From Candidatus Bathyarchaeia archaeon (GTDB lineage Archaea > Thermoproteota > Bathyarchaeia > Bathyarchaeales > Bathycorpusculaceae), in the NCBI GenBank assembly GCA_049515895.1, contig JBEKTQ010000016.1, positions 32,734 through 96,733 on the forward strand: DNA of 64,000 bases. The letters are read 5' to 3'. Below, one piece after another: positions 30,238-38,989 of this stretch. Within the stretch, counting starts at the first letter, position 1; every line of letters starts with the position of its first letter. Below the pieces are notes generated by a model. It did no database searches. It saw nothing but the letters and a program-made list of their open reading frames with translations, and was not told the origin of the DNA. Both the position numbers and the translations under genes were made by a program.

Positions 30238-31104
30238 TTAAGTCATACCAATTTCGCTGCATTTGTGGTCGACGTCGAGATTTGGGAAGGACCCGCATCT
30301 TATTATCTTACGGCATTCCGGACAAAAAGCGTGTATCGCCTCTCCGTTTCTTGTGAGCTCCAGGTACTTTGTCAGAACGTCTCCACTTAGCTGATTTAGA
30401 AACCTGGACTCAATATTGAATTTGAAGTACTGGAATACTACTCTTTGATCTTTTTCGCAAAGCCCCTTATACTTCCTCTCAATGAGTTCGTTCATAGCTT
30501 TTCTTTCGCTGCTTTCTTCAGAGTTGCGCGCCAGGTGTGTATTGAAATCTATAAGGATGGTTTTGCCGAATGCTTCTGGGTCAAAGGTGCCTTTAGCTAG
30601 ACCGTCAAACAGTTGACGAAGGAAGTTTTCACCCATCAAAAAATGGAAGGTTGTTGAGTCTGTTGTCTCCTTCAGTATGCTCAATGAGAATTTCCAAATA
30701 GGGTTATCTTGTTGTGGCAGCGAGTCAAACGCTCGAGAGATCAAGTAAGGCCTACTCAGCAGTGCTCCAGCTAAGATCTGACCTTGGAAAGTCAATGAGT
30801 ACATCAACTTGTCTGGGACGGGTCCCCTTTCGCTCTTAACAGTTCCCGTTACTTCAACAAACCCTTTTTTCTCAAGCTTACTGATTAATGGATAGACGAT
30901 GGAAGACGACAGCTGCGTTAACTGGTCTGTCCTACGCATGATTTGATTCCTCGACAGAGGCTTGTTTTCATTAACCATCTTCGTGAGAATGCGGCCAAGA
31001 TTGCCTACCGTTTTCTTGTCGATTCTTTCTCCAAAAATTTGGGTGAGATGTTTCTGCAGAAACCTTGTGTTGCCGTTCCTTTGTTGCGTTTTTGAAGCCT
31101 CCAT
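30238..31104 (-). CDS. Winged-helix regulator with C-terminal Cys cluster (repressor candidate)
   Basis: SSSIVYPLISKLEKKGFVEV...YSLTFQG wHTH; CPEC...C...C. Confidence 0.65.
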   Translation of the reverse strand: MEASKTQQRNGNTRFLQKHLTQIFGERIDKKTVGNLGRILTKMVNENKPLSRNQIMRRTDQLTQLSSSIVYPLISKLEKKGFVEVTGTVKSERGPVPDKLMYSLTFQGQILAGALLSRPYLISRAFDSLPQQDNPIWKFSLSILKETTDSTTFHFLMGENFLRQLFDGLAKGTFDPEAFGKTILIDFNTHLARNSEESSERKAMNELIERKYKGLCEKDQRVVFQYFKFNIESRFLNQLSGDVLTKYLELTRNGEAIHAFCPECRKIIRCGSFPNLDVDHKCSEIGMT

Positions 31105-31182
31105 TTCGAAATTTTCGAAACTTTCAGTTAAACCGTTAAGTTCTCTATGAGTATTTAAGACTATCTAACAGAGGTTAGACAC

Positions 31183-31404
31183 TTGGAAAACAATTACGAC
31201 CAAAAAATCATCCAGTTCTTAGAAACCGCGGAAAACCCCATGGACATAGAGAAGATCCGAATCGAAGTTGGCATCGGCAATTGGAATACAGCATTGAAAC
31301 ACTGTTTAGAGCTCCTGGTTGCCAAGAAAATAAGCGGCCAGAAGACCAGCAAGAGCTGGGTTTTTTGGGCTACATCGAAAGAAGCATTTGTAAAAACAAA
31401 CTGA
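31183..31404 (+). CDS. Small winged-helix DNA-binding protein
   Basis: 73 aa; GIGNWNTALKHCLELL...GQKTSKSWVFW. Confidence 0.65.
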   Translation: MENNYDQKIIQFLETAENPMDIEKIRIEVGIGNWNTALKHCLELLVAKKISGQKTSKSWVFWATSKEAFVKTN

Positions 31405-31420
31405 GGGAGGCAGTCGCAGG

Positions 31421-31561
31421 ATGACGGAGCTGCAGATCAAGATTGAAAAGTGTAGCCAGTGTTTGCATTTTCAAGGAAGAAAGTGTCAGTTAGGCTACAA
31501 CGTCAAAGCACACTCTAAACCCTGCAGTCAAGGGATAGCTCGCGTGAGGCAGCTGCCATGA
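31421..31561 (+). CDS. 46-aa Cys4 microprotein, not in the ORF track
   Basis: Own translation: MTELQIKIEKCSQCLHFQGRKCQLGYNVKAHSKPCSQGIARVRQLP; GGAGG upstream; ATGA overlap with the next ORF. Confidence 0.6.
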   Translation: MTELQIKIEKCSQCLHFQGRKCQLGYNVKAHSKPCSQGIARVRQLP

Positions 31562-31746
31562 ACGAGCGTCACCATAGAATGCCGGATGGCGCCTTAGTCA
31601 TTTGTGATGGAACCCGAGAAGGTTCAGAACTTGGTTCTGCCGGCAGGTGTCCAAAAGCTCCAAGGTGTGCTAACTACAAGGTAAGAAAATGCTTCATAAA
31701 ATGCGCTGACTTCACCGAAAAACAAACGGCTAACTTGGTGTACTAA
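31558..31746 (+). CDS. Small Cys-rich protein
   Basis: 62 aa with 5 Cys; translationally coupled. Confidence 0.5.
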   Translation: MNERHHRMPDGALVICDGTREGSELGSAGRCPKAPRCANYKVRKCFIKCADFTEKQTANLVY

Positions 31747-31747
31747 A

Positions 31748-33154
31748 ATGGAAGCATCTAAGCACGAATTAATTCTTGTTGGATTGCTGCAACCAAACCG
31801 GTTCAACCCAAACGTCATGCAGGCCACGGAGTTCCATGCCTTAAGGCAGGACATGGAGCTGAACGGCCCCGAAGGAATAGACCCGGTCTTGGTCAGTCCC
31901 TACCGCTGCTTCTACATGGGCGAAGACGCCAACCCCTTCTACGTGATCGTCGACGGCGAACACCGCTGGAAAGCGGCCAAGGAACTCTGTTGGAATGAGA
32001 TCCGCTGCGAGGTCCGCGAGCTCAACGAGCAGGAAGCCAAAGTAATCTGCTACCGGAAGAACAAGGACCGCGGCACAATCGACCCACTCAAAGAAGCTGC
32101 CCTCTTCAAGGGTGAACTGGACCTGCAGTTTAGCCAGAAAGACATCGCTGAAATGTTCCTGGTGGATCAGTCGACTGTAAGCCAAAGGCTCAGTCTTTTG
32201 AAGCTCGTCCCAGAAGTCCTTGCCGAAGCAAAAAAGTTTCCACGTGGAAACATTACCGTAAGCCATTTGGAACCTATCGCTTCCCTCCCGGAAGGCGAAC
32301 AGAAAAAGATCAGTCTGGAGAACCGCTGGGAAAAAGGCCAAGCGCGCACAGTCAGGGAAATCACTGACGAGGTGCACCGGATAAAAGAAGAGCTGGCAGC
32401 GAAAGAGTCCTTGAGGAAGGCCCTTGAAACCGCCAAGTTTCCTAAGTGTCCGAAGTGCAAGCAGGCGCCGAGCGCTGCTACTTATCAAAAGCTGCCATGG
32501 GTGCGGTGCTCAAGCGGAAACTACGACCACACCTGGAACTTAGACACGGGAAAACTCGAATATGAATCGACATCGACCTCAAGAAGGACCTCTCAACCAA
32601 GGCCTGAAGTCAGCAACATCATCCGAAGCAACTTCACCATAGACGAGCTCTCAGAAGCGTTTTTTAAAACAATCCACGCAGTGCTGCCGAAGTTAGATGC
32701 TGCAAGCAAAATCTCAATCACTGGTCTAATCGACAAAACCATGTTCATAGTGAGCTTTGACCACGGTCCCAACGGAATGCACGTCTACGTAGACTACGGA
32801 GGACAAAGCATCAGCTTCGGAGCTGAACCAAAACAGTATCACACCGGTCAAAAATCCAAAATAGACATGGGAATTTACCAACCGAAACAAGCGGACCTGG
32901 ACCGACATCTCGAGTTCATTGAGAACGCATTCAAGAACATATTGCTGCCGCTGCCGGAGAAGAAACCGAAGCGCCTCAGAGAAGAGATCCCTGCTGTAGC
33001 TGCAGCTGAAGAAACGCCTCGAGTAGTTCCCTGCGAGTCCTGCAGCAATGACTCTGACAATGGCGGAAGCTGCCACCGGGAACAATTCCACGTCGTCGAC
33101 GGCCATGAAGGCTACTTCTGCGAACACAAAAAACCCTTGGAGCGTAAGCAATAG
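31748..33154 (+). CDS. parB: ParB/Spo0J-family protein with HTH and Zn-ribbon extensions
   Basis: PNRFNPN, IVDGEHRWKAA (GxxR box), DPLKEA, SQKDIAEMFLVDQSTVSQRLSLL HTH. Confidence 0.88.
   Translation: MEASKHELILVGLLQPNRFNPNVMQATEFHALRQDMELNGPEGIDPVLVSPYRCFYMGEDANPFYVIVDGEHRWKAAKELCWNEIRCEVRELNEQEAKVICYRKNKDRGTIDPLKEAALFKGELDLQFSQKDIAEMFLVDQSTVSQRLSLLKLVPEVLAEAKKFPRGNITVSHLEPIASLPEGEQKKISLENRWEKGQARTVREITDEVHRIKEELAAKESLRKALETAKFPKCPKCKQAPSAATYQKLPWVRCSSGNYDHTWNLDTGKLEYESTSTSRRTSQPRPEVSNIIRSNFTIDELSEAFFKTIHAVLPKLDAASKISITGLIDKTMFIVSFDHGPNGMHVYVDYGGQSISFGAEPKQYHTGQKSKIDMGIYQPKQADLDRHLEFIENAFKNILLPLPEKKPKRLREEIPAVAAAEETPRVVPCESCSNDSDNGGSCHREQFHVVDGHEGYFCEHKKPLERKQ
32236..32251. promoter_or_regulatory. 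parS-like palindrome inside parB
   Basis: GTTTCCACGTGGAAAC, identical to 24807-24822. Confidence 0.65.
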
Positions 33155-33156
33155 TT

Positions 33157-34986
33157 ATGACTGATCCTCCCTGCAAGCTTCCGGTCACCTCGGATCTCCC
33201 GCAGACTCCGCCGGCGCCGAACCCTGAAAGAGAAGCCTGGCAGAAAGAAGTGAAAGAAGCAGCTGAGCTCGAAAGAAAGAACCCGATGTACGGCATCTCC
33301 CACAAGTTCTATCCGGTGTATGATGATTTTTGCCCCATGGACAATGAAGGCGTAAACAGCTTAGGCTTCAAGCCGGCCCTGGTTGCCAAGTGGCTACAGC
33401 AAAACGAGAATTTCAAGACCGACCTGGACACGGGGATCCTGTATTTCTACGATGGAAAAAGCTGGATCCCAAACGCGGAGCCCTATCTGGAATTCATACT
33501 CTCAAAGATACTGGACCAAGAAAACAAGCGCAGCTACTTCAACGATATCCTGCATGATTTGAGGGGCTTAACTTACGACAGATTAAAGTTCAGCTCAAAA
33601 ATCGCAGTAGAAAACGGGCTCTTAGACATTGAAACCCAAACACTCTCAGATTTCAACGAGAAAGAAATGGCCTTCCACGAGGTCCCAGTGAAGTATGATC
33701 CAGCTGCTGAGTGCCCGAATTGGGAAGAGTTCATCAAGCAGGTAGTTAACTCTGATGATCTCGCCACGATCCAGGAGTGGAGTGGTTTCCTACTCTTGCC
33801 TGATTACCGCTTCCACAAGCTCTTGTGGGTCCATGGTGAAGGCCGAAATGGTAAGGGTGTTTGGCAGCGCACTATGGAAGGGATCCTGGGAGAAAAGAAT
33901 GTTTCAAGCTTAGGCCTCGAGGAGTTCGACGGAAACCACCGGTTCGCCTTGGAGCGGCTCTACGGAAAACTATTCAATCCATGCTCGGAACCAACAACGA
34001 ACCGCATTCTGCAGACGCCTCTCCTCAAGAAAGCAACCGGCCAGGACACGATCGAAGCGGAGATCAAGGGCAAGCAGGCCAGGATCCAATTCAGAAACTA
34101 CGCAAAGATAACCGTGATCGCCAACAAGTTCCCAAGAGTCAACGACACCACAACGGCCTTCAGAGAGCGACGTCTCTTCATCAAATTTCCCAACGAATTC
34201 ATAGGTAAAGAACAGATCCAGAACCTGGAACAGAACTGGCTAAACAACCCGGAAGAAAAATCCGGGGTCCTCAACTGGATGCTCAAGGGCCTGATGCGTC
34301 TGCTGTCCCAAGGCTACTTCACCGAAAGCAAAACACAGCAGGAAACCGAGATAGAATTCCAGCGGGCCAGCGACACCATCAGCGCCTTCCTAACTGAGAT
34401 CGGGATCCTCGACAAGAACATGGTAACCACCAGGAGCACCGCTTTTGAATCATACAAGAACTACTGCGACGTCTTCGGCCTGAGCCCGGAGAATGACAAA
34501 AAATTCACTCAGAGACTGAAAAACACTCCAAAGATAACTGTTACCCTGATCCATAAGCCAAAAATAGAGCGTGCCTGGAAAGGATTAGGCCTAAGGACCA
34601 TAGACGATGAAGGAAAGATCGCTGCAGCTGGCGCTGCAAATAGTACACTTGATACAGTTGATACACATTTAGGGGAGTTTACACTCCTCCACACTAATGT
34701 GAAAGATTCTTCTCTAGATATAGAGGAGAGTGGTACACGTGTATCAAGTGTATCATCTGTATCAGATTCTAAACCAACCTTTCATGTCAAAGACATTCCT
34801 GCTGGCGAGAAATGCGACTGCGGAAAACTCGCGGTAACTAAAGAGATCGTGACTCCACTTGGCGACACTATGAGACGCTGCCAGGAATGCTTTGAGGATC
34901 TACGCAAAAAGTTCCAAGAAGCCAACTGGAAAAAAGGCTACGAAGAACTGCCTGATTATGAAGAGAGAGGAGAGGAGGATCCGTAA
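33157..34986 (+). CDS. SF3 helicase, D5/P4-family plasmid or virus replication protein (no evident primase domain)
   Basis: IAVENGLLD, YDPAAECPNW, GEGRNGKG Walker A, LKKATGQD...EIKG, AFRERRLFIKF. Confidence 0.9.
   Translation: MTDPPCKLPVTSDLPQTPPAPNPEREAWQKEVKEAAELERKNPMYGISHKFYPVYDDFCPMDNEGVNSLGFKPALVAKWLQQNENFKTDLDTGILYFYDGKSWIPNAEPYLEFILSKILDQENKRSYFNDILHDLRGLTYDRLKFSSKIAVENGLLDIETQTLSDFNEKEMAFHEVPVKYDPAAECPNWEEFIKQVVNSDDLATIQEWSGFLLLPDYRFHKLLWVHGEGRNGKGVWQRTMEGILGEKNVSSLGLEEFDGNHRFALERLYGKLFNPCSEPTTNRILQTPLLKKATGQDTIEAEIKGKQARIQFRNYAKITVIANKFPRVNDTTTAFRERRLFIKFPNEFIGKEQIQNLEQNWLNNPEEKSGVLNWMLKGLMRLLSQGYFTESKTQQETEIEFQRASDTISAFLTEIGILDKNMVTTRSTAFESYKNYCDVFGLSPENDKKFTQRLKNTPKITVTLIHKPKIERAWKGLGLRTIDDEGKIAAAGAANSTLDTVDTHLGEFTLLHTNVKDSSLDIEESGTRVSSVSSVSDSKPTFHVKDIPAGEKCDCGKLAVTKEIVTPLGDTMRRCQECFEDLRKKFQEANWKKGYEELPDYEERGEEDP
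34644..34764. repeat. Two oppositely oriented sets of 9-bp-period repeats within the helicase gene (candidate replication origin)
   Basis: TACACTTGA TACAGTTGA TACAC ... GTGTATCAA GTGTATCAT CTGTATCA. Confidence 0.6.
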
Positions 34987-35540
34987 TGGCGCCAGCTCCT
35001 ACCATCGCATTAAACAGGAATCCGCCTTACATGGACACTGAGGTCCCGTACGAGCGAACCAAAGCAGAGATTGAGGTCCTGCTCAAAAGCTACGGCGTAA
35101 AAGGAATCCGCTGGACGAGCCTGGAAGGCCAGGACGACGTCTTAGAATTCATCATCGAGGCAGAGGTCCGGGGCGTCAAGAAGCAGCTGGGGATCGCCGT
35201 TAAGCCTCCCCATATTTTCATCAAGAAGAAGATCCGCGGCCAATTAGCCAACACGGAGAACATTAACCAGGAGTACCGGTTGCTGTTTCACTGGATCAAA
35301 AGCAAAATCGAAGCGGTTGTCTGGGGCCTCAGCACGATCGAAAAAGAATTCCTCAGCGAAGTACGGCTAAAGCTTCCAGGCGGCCGGGAGACTACCGTCG
35401 GTGAAGTTGTCATAGATCTGATGGGCCGGAATACTCTGGAGAGCTTGCCCTTTTACAATGGCCAGCAACAGGCCCAGCGAGTCAACGACCCCAAAATAAT
35501 CGATGTTACTCCGTCCAAGGAGGATTCCAATGATGGTTGA
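34986..35540 (+). CDS. Hypothetical virus/plasmid protein
   Basis: TEVPYERTKAEIEVLLKSYG...LFHWIKSKIEAV...EFL; coupled to the helicase gene. Confidence 0.7.
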   Translation: MAPAPTIALNRNPPYMDTEVPYERTKAEIEVLLKSYGVKGIRWTSLEGQDDVLEFIIEAEVRGVKKQLGIAVKPPHIFIKKKIRGQLANTENINQEYRLLFHWIKSKIEAVVWGLSTIEKEFLSEVRLKLPGGRETTVGEVVIDLMGRNTLESLPFYNGQQQAQRVNDPKIIDVTPSKEDSNDG

Positions 35541-35766
35541 GTCCTATGAAGATGTGAGCTGTAGAATTTTTCGCAGTTTTTTCAGCATAGACGATGGGGA
35601 AGTATTCAATAAACACCAGGACCTTCTAACAAAATTAATGCAGTACCCTCCAACCAACCTCAAACACCCTCTAACAAACTCACGGCGGAACAAACGATCT
35701 GATTTTGGATTCAGTGAGTGGGTCAGGTACATTCTCGCTAAACTAATGTTGCAGGAGGCCCTTTAA
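35503..35766 (+). CDS. Hypothetical protein (start probably at MMVES)
   Basis: Fills the gap between coupled genes; AAGGAGG upstream of the internal ATG. Confidence 0.45.
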   Translation: MLLRPRRIPMMVESYEDVSCRIFRSFFSIDDGEVFNKHQDLLTKLMQYPPTNLKHPLTNSRRNKRSDFGFSEWVRYILAKLMLQEAL

Positions 35767-35772
35767 AGAAAA

Positions 35773-37170
35773 ATGACTGAGACTGAGATCCGAGGAAAGG
35801 CGCCTGCTCCTTCTGAGAGCATACTTGGCAGTAAGGGAGATGGTTATTCCACCTCTCAGGCGCCCCCTAAAGGACCTCAACAACCCAGCAACACTCGTAT
35901 TGAGAAGCCCTCCATATGCCCTCAATGTGGAAAGTCTCGATTCTTCCATGACGGACATCGTCATCAAGATGGTATGGACCTCCAACGCTATATATGTCGA
36001 GATTGCGGCCATAGGCCCAGCGACATTCTAACTGGGCAAAGCTTATTTGCACAACACCACAAGACTACAATACGCCAAGTATGCGCTATCTCAGAGGAAG
36101 CGAAAAACTTGACTGGAGAAACAACTGAACAAGTCAGTGTTTCGCCAGGAGAAAACTGTACAGAGCTCACCGTCAAAGCTGACATAGACCTAGTGATCGC
36201 AGACTACAAACAGTACATCCAAAAAGAACACATCGTAAACGACTTAACTCTTAGCAAATACGTATCTCGGCTCAAATGGCTTGCCCATGAAATCGGCGTT
36301 AACCTCTTTGAACCCGAAGATTTCAAACGGAAATTAGCATTCAACTCAGAGCTAAGCGCTAAATCGAATTGCAATAAGAACAGTATCTGCAAGGCATACA
36401 TCAGCTTTGTTAAGCGCTATCTTCACATGGAAGACGTCAAGATACCTCACTTTGAGTACAAAACGCCGGAGTACAATGTCCCGGAACCCAACCATATGGA
36501 ATTGCTATACGCTGCACTTAGCTTTCAAATGCAAGTCTTCTGCTTCGTATTAATGGCAACCGCGGCCAGACCTATCGAGGCTCTAAGAATCGAATGGAAA
36601 GACATAGATTTTGCGAGAAAGACAATCGCCATTAACAAGCCAGCTAAACATGGGAGAACAAGGACGGCCCAACTGAAAGGACGCTTCGTCAAAGTCATGG
36701 ATATGCTGGCAGATCTGAAAGACCGTCAAACAACTATTGCCACCTGTCGCAACAGAAAACAAAGAAATCTAGACCTAGTCTTCACATACAAAGACACGGA
36801 TACCGCTGGACAAAACTTCAGGCGAGCAAGAAAAGCAGCAGCTAGACGCTTAGGTATGCCAGAGCTAAGCAAGATTACGTTCTACAGTAATCGCCATTGG
36901 CGAGCAGTTCTTGAACGGTACCTGAAAGGCAACTCAGATGCTGTTGCAAACCTTCTGGGAGAAAACTCTGACAAATATGTCAAAGTTTACGCCCCAATAT
37001 CTGAACGACTCTACGGCAGCGACAAAGAGTGGGAGCCTATCGAAGTCTCTGAAACTGACCCTGACTACAGCGAGAAGATGAACCGTTACGGTGCTGAAGG
37101 GTATCAAGAGTATAACTACAACCGAACGACAGGCAGACATTATTTGCGGAAGGAGAAGAGTGCTTACTAA
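35773..37170 (+). CDS. Integrase (tyrosine recombinase 4) with N-terminal InsA-like Zn ribbon; probable cognate integrase
   Basis: CPQC...QRYICRDCG, TAARPIEAL, AKHG, YSNRH, LLGE...VKVY; ends 63 bp before attR. Confidence 0.88.
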   Translation: MTETEIRGKAPAPSESILGSKGDGYSTSQAPPKGPQQPSNTRIEKPSICPQCGKSRFFHDGHRHQDGMDLQRYICRDCGHRPSDILTGQSLFAQHHKTTIRQVCAISEEAKNLTGETTEQVSVSPGENCTELTVKADIDLVIADYKQYIQKEHIVNDLTLSKYVSRLKWLAHEIGVNLFEPEDFKRKLAFNSELSAKSNCNKNSICKAYISFVKRYLHMEDVKIPHFEYKTPEYNVPEPNHMELLYAALSFQMQVFCFVLMATAARPIEALRIEWKDIDFARKTIAINKPAKHGRTRTAQLKGRFVKVMDMLADLKDRQTTIATCRNRKQRNLDLVFTYKDTDTAGQNFRRARKAAARRLGMPELSKITFYSNRHWRAVLERYLKGNSDAVANLLGENSDKYVKVYAPISERLYGSDKEWEPIEVSETDPDYSEKMNRYGAEGYQEYNYNRTTGRHYLRKEKSAY

Positions 37171-37233
37171 TGCGAAACACCTATCTTGTGCAAAGACTAA
37201 AATGTACGGAATCCATCCAGAAAGTATGGAAAA

Positions 37234-37309
37234 GGGCTCGTAGCCTAGCACGGATTAAGGTGTCGGCCTTCGGAGCCGGAGATCGTGGGTTCAAATCCCA
37301 CCGGGCCCG
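37234..37309 (+). tRNA. tRNA-Arg(TCG); its first 20 nt form attR
   Basis: GGGCTCGTAGCCTAGCACGGATTAAGGTGTCGGCCTTCGGAGCCGGAGATCGTGGGTTCAAATCCCACCGGGCCCG; anticodon loop CT-TCG-GA. Confidence 0.95.
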
Positions 37310-37523
37310 CTTAAATTCCTTCGTAGAAAAACGCAAAGGGATTTTTAGCGAATAGAATTGCAAAAAGTAGAATATATTCAATAATTCTATTGCATAAAGC
37401 AATCAAAGAATGTTTGAAAGTTTAAGATGGGAAAAATCATTGAGTCGTTTCTTTAGAATTTTGGCTGACCGCGAATCGGATCAGAGTCTTTCCAGTGACC
37501 AATTCGAAGACAAATGTTAAGAT

Positions 37524-38165
37524 CTAAGGTTCTTCTTCTGCTTCGCTGATTTGTGGTTTTTGGGTTTCTTCTTGTTTAGTTTCTTTTTCCGGCAAAACGG
37601 TTTCTGCTTTTTTGGTTTCACTTGAAAGCAGCATATTGATTAGTGCCTTCTGGTCCACTTCCGCCCTTGTTCGCCAATCAAGATACAATTGCCCATTATC
37701 ATCTTGCCCCAAGTAACCATAGCGGATGTAGCGGTCAATGTTTAAGCCGATTTTCCAGTTGGGCATTTTCTCGCCAAGCAGTTGCTCAACATCTTTTCGC
37801 GACACTTGCCCTTTCTTGCTAATTATGAAAGAAATTGTTATGGCTAAGCCAGCTAAATCATCGATGCGCCAACCAATCAGCTTATCCTTAGTCGCCAAAT
37901 CGCCGCGCAATGCAACGTAGAATCTTGCTTTATCCAGTTCCTCCAACGTTGGCTTTTCAGGAGTTTTTTCCTCTTCAAAAACAACTTTTACCTGAAGGTC
38001 TAGTGGTTTAAGGTAATCGTCAAGCAAATCGAGCACTTTGGAGTAGTCTGAGCCCAAGGCTTTATGCAGTTCAGAGCCTCTGGCGCCTGGCTTCTGATGC
38101 CTCTTATAGAAGAGCGTTTGAGTTGCTTTCTTGATTTTGCTGCCGTAAACGCCTTTCTTGCTCAA
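37524..38165 (-). CDS. Tandem winged-helix protein, kite-like (ScpB/Nse-type) SMC partner
   Basis: Third gene of the SMC operon; two wHTH-like halves (…IDRYIRYGYLGQDDNGQLYLDWR). Confidence 0.55.
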   Translation of the reverse strand: MSKKGVYGSKIKKATQTLFYKRHQKPGARGSELHKALGSDYSKVLDLLDDYLKPLDLQVKVVFEEEKTPEKPTLEELDKARFYVALRGDLATKDKLIGWRIDDLAGLAITISFIISKKGQVSRKDVEQLLGEKMPNWKIGLNIDRYIRYGYLGQDDNGQLYLDWRTRAEVDQKALINMLLSSETKKAETVLPEKETKQEETQKPQISEAEEEP

Positions 38166-38989
38166 TCAAATTTCCCCTCCTTCCATTTCCGCCAATCTTC
38201 AACGGAAACAGCGATGGCCACAGATGTTGACTGTTGAGTTAAAGGTTCAATTCTCGGCTTTTGGAATGGGGTTATGAAAACAAGCTCCTCCAATGCGTCG
38301 ATTTCTAACGTCGCAAAACCGTAAGTAATTAGGAAGCTGGTCAAGAAGGCTCTTTGGACTGTTTGTTCATAGGTGCCTGCGCCGATGAAGTCCCAATAGT
38401 TGACTTTGCCCTCTTGGCCCTCCTTAGCGACGCAATCCTTGAGTTCTTGCCAATAGGTGTTGAGCTCCACCGAGAACTCCTTGTCGCTAAGGACGCGTTG
38501 TTTAATCAACTCGTCCCTGCTTGCATAACTATTTGAAACTTCAGCGGCTTCAAAACCTTTCCATCTTTCGCTGACAGGCTCCAACGCTTCCCAATACAGC
38601 AGTCCCTGAGCCAGAGAGTTAAGGCTGACTTGTTCAAATTCGATCAATGGACTCCACGCATGAAGAAAGACATCAACCATTTCCTGCGTACCTATTTGCA
38701 AGATCTTTTCTTCCAGAAGAAAAGGGTCAGTATAAAGTGCTGTTGAGCGCTGCTTCACCCATTCACTCTGCATTTTGATAACTTTTGCTAAGTGGTGTAG
38801 GGTTTCAGCGTCAAGTTTGAGCTCCTCAGGGTCCTGCCAATGCGGAAAATACTGCTTAACGATCTGTATAATTTCATCAATGTTCAGCGTGAAGGGTTCT
38901 GCCGTGCGTTTTTCGATAGCGAGGCACATTTCAATTATGCGTTCAAGCCTTTCCTTGCCTAAAGCTTTGGTTTCTTTCGCCCTCGGCAT
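38162..38989 (-). CDS. Kleisin-like (ScpA-like) protein
   Basis: EPFTLNIDEII...AKVIKMQSEW N-domain; RAFLTSFLITYGFATLE C-terminal WH as in kleisins; coupled to SMC. Confidence 0.65.
   Translation of the reverse strand: MPRAKETKALGKERLERIIEMCLAIEKRTAEPFTLNIDEIIQIVKQYFPHWQDPEELKLDAETLHHLAKVIKMQSEWVKQRSTALYTDPFLLEEKILQIGTQEMVDVFLHAWSPLIEFEQVSLNSLAQGLLYWEALEPVSERWKGFEAAEVSNSYASRDELIKQRVLSDKEFSVELNTYWQELKDCVAKEGQEGKVNYWDFIGAGTYEQTVQRAFLTSFLITYGFATLEIDALEELVFITPFQKPRIEPLTQQSTSVAIAVSVEDWRKWKEGKFD

Larger units (their letters stand above)
21156..37253. mobile_element. Integrative element (plasmid- or provirus-like), about 16.1 kb, inserted in tRNA-Arg(TCG)
   Basis: Perfect 20-bp direct repeat at both ends, integrase next to the right end, ParB, SF3 helicase and regulators; looks more GC-rich than the flanks. 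Confidence 0.92.

Noticed and set aside
21156-37253. Calling the element a definite provirus or conjugative element
   Set aside because: No recognisable capsid, terminase, portal, relaxase or VirB4/VirD4.
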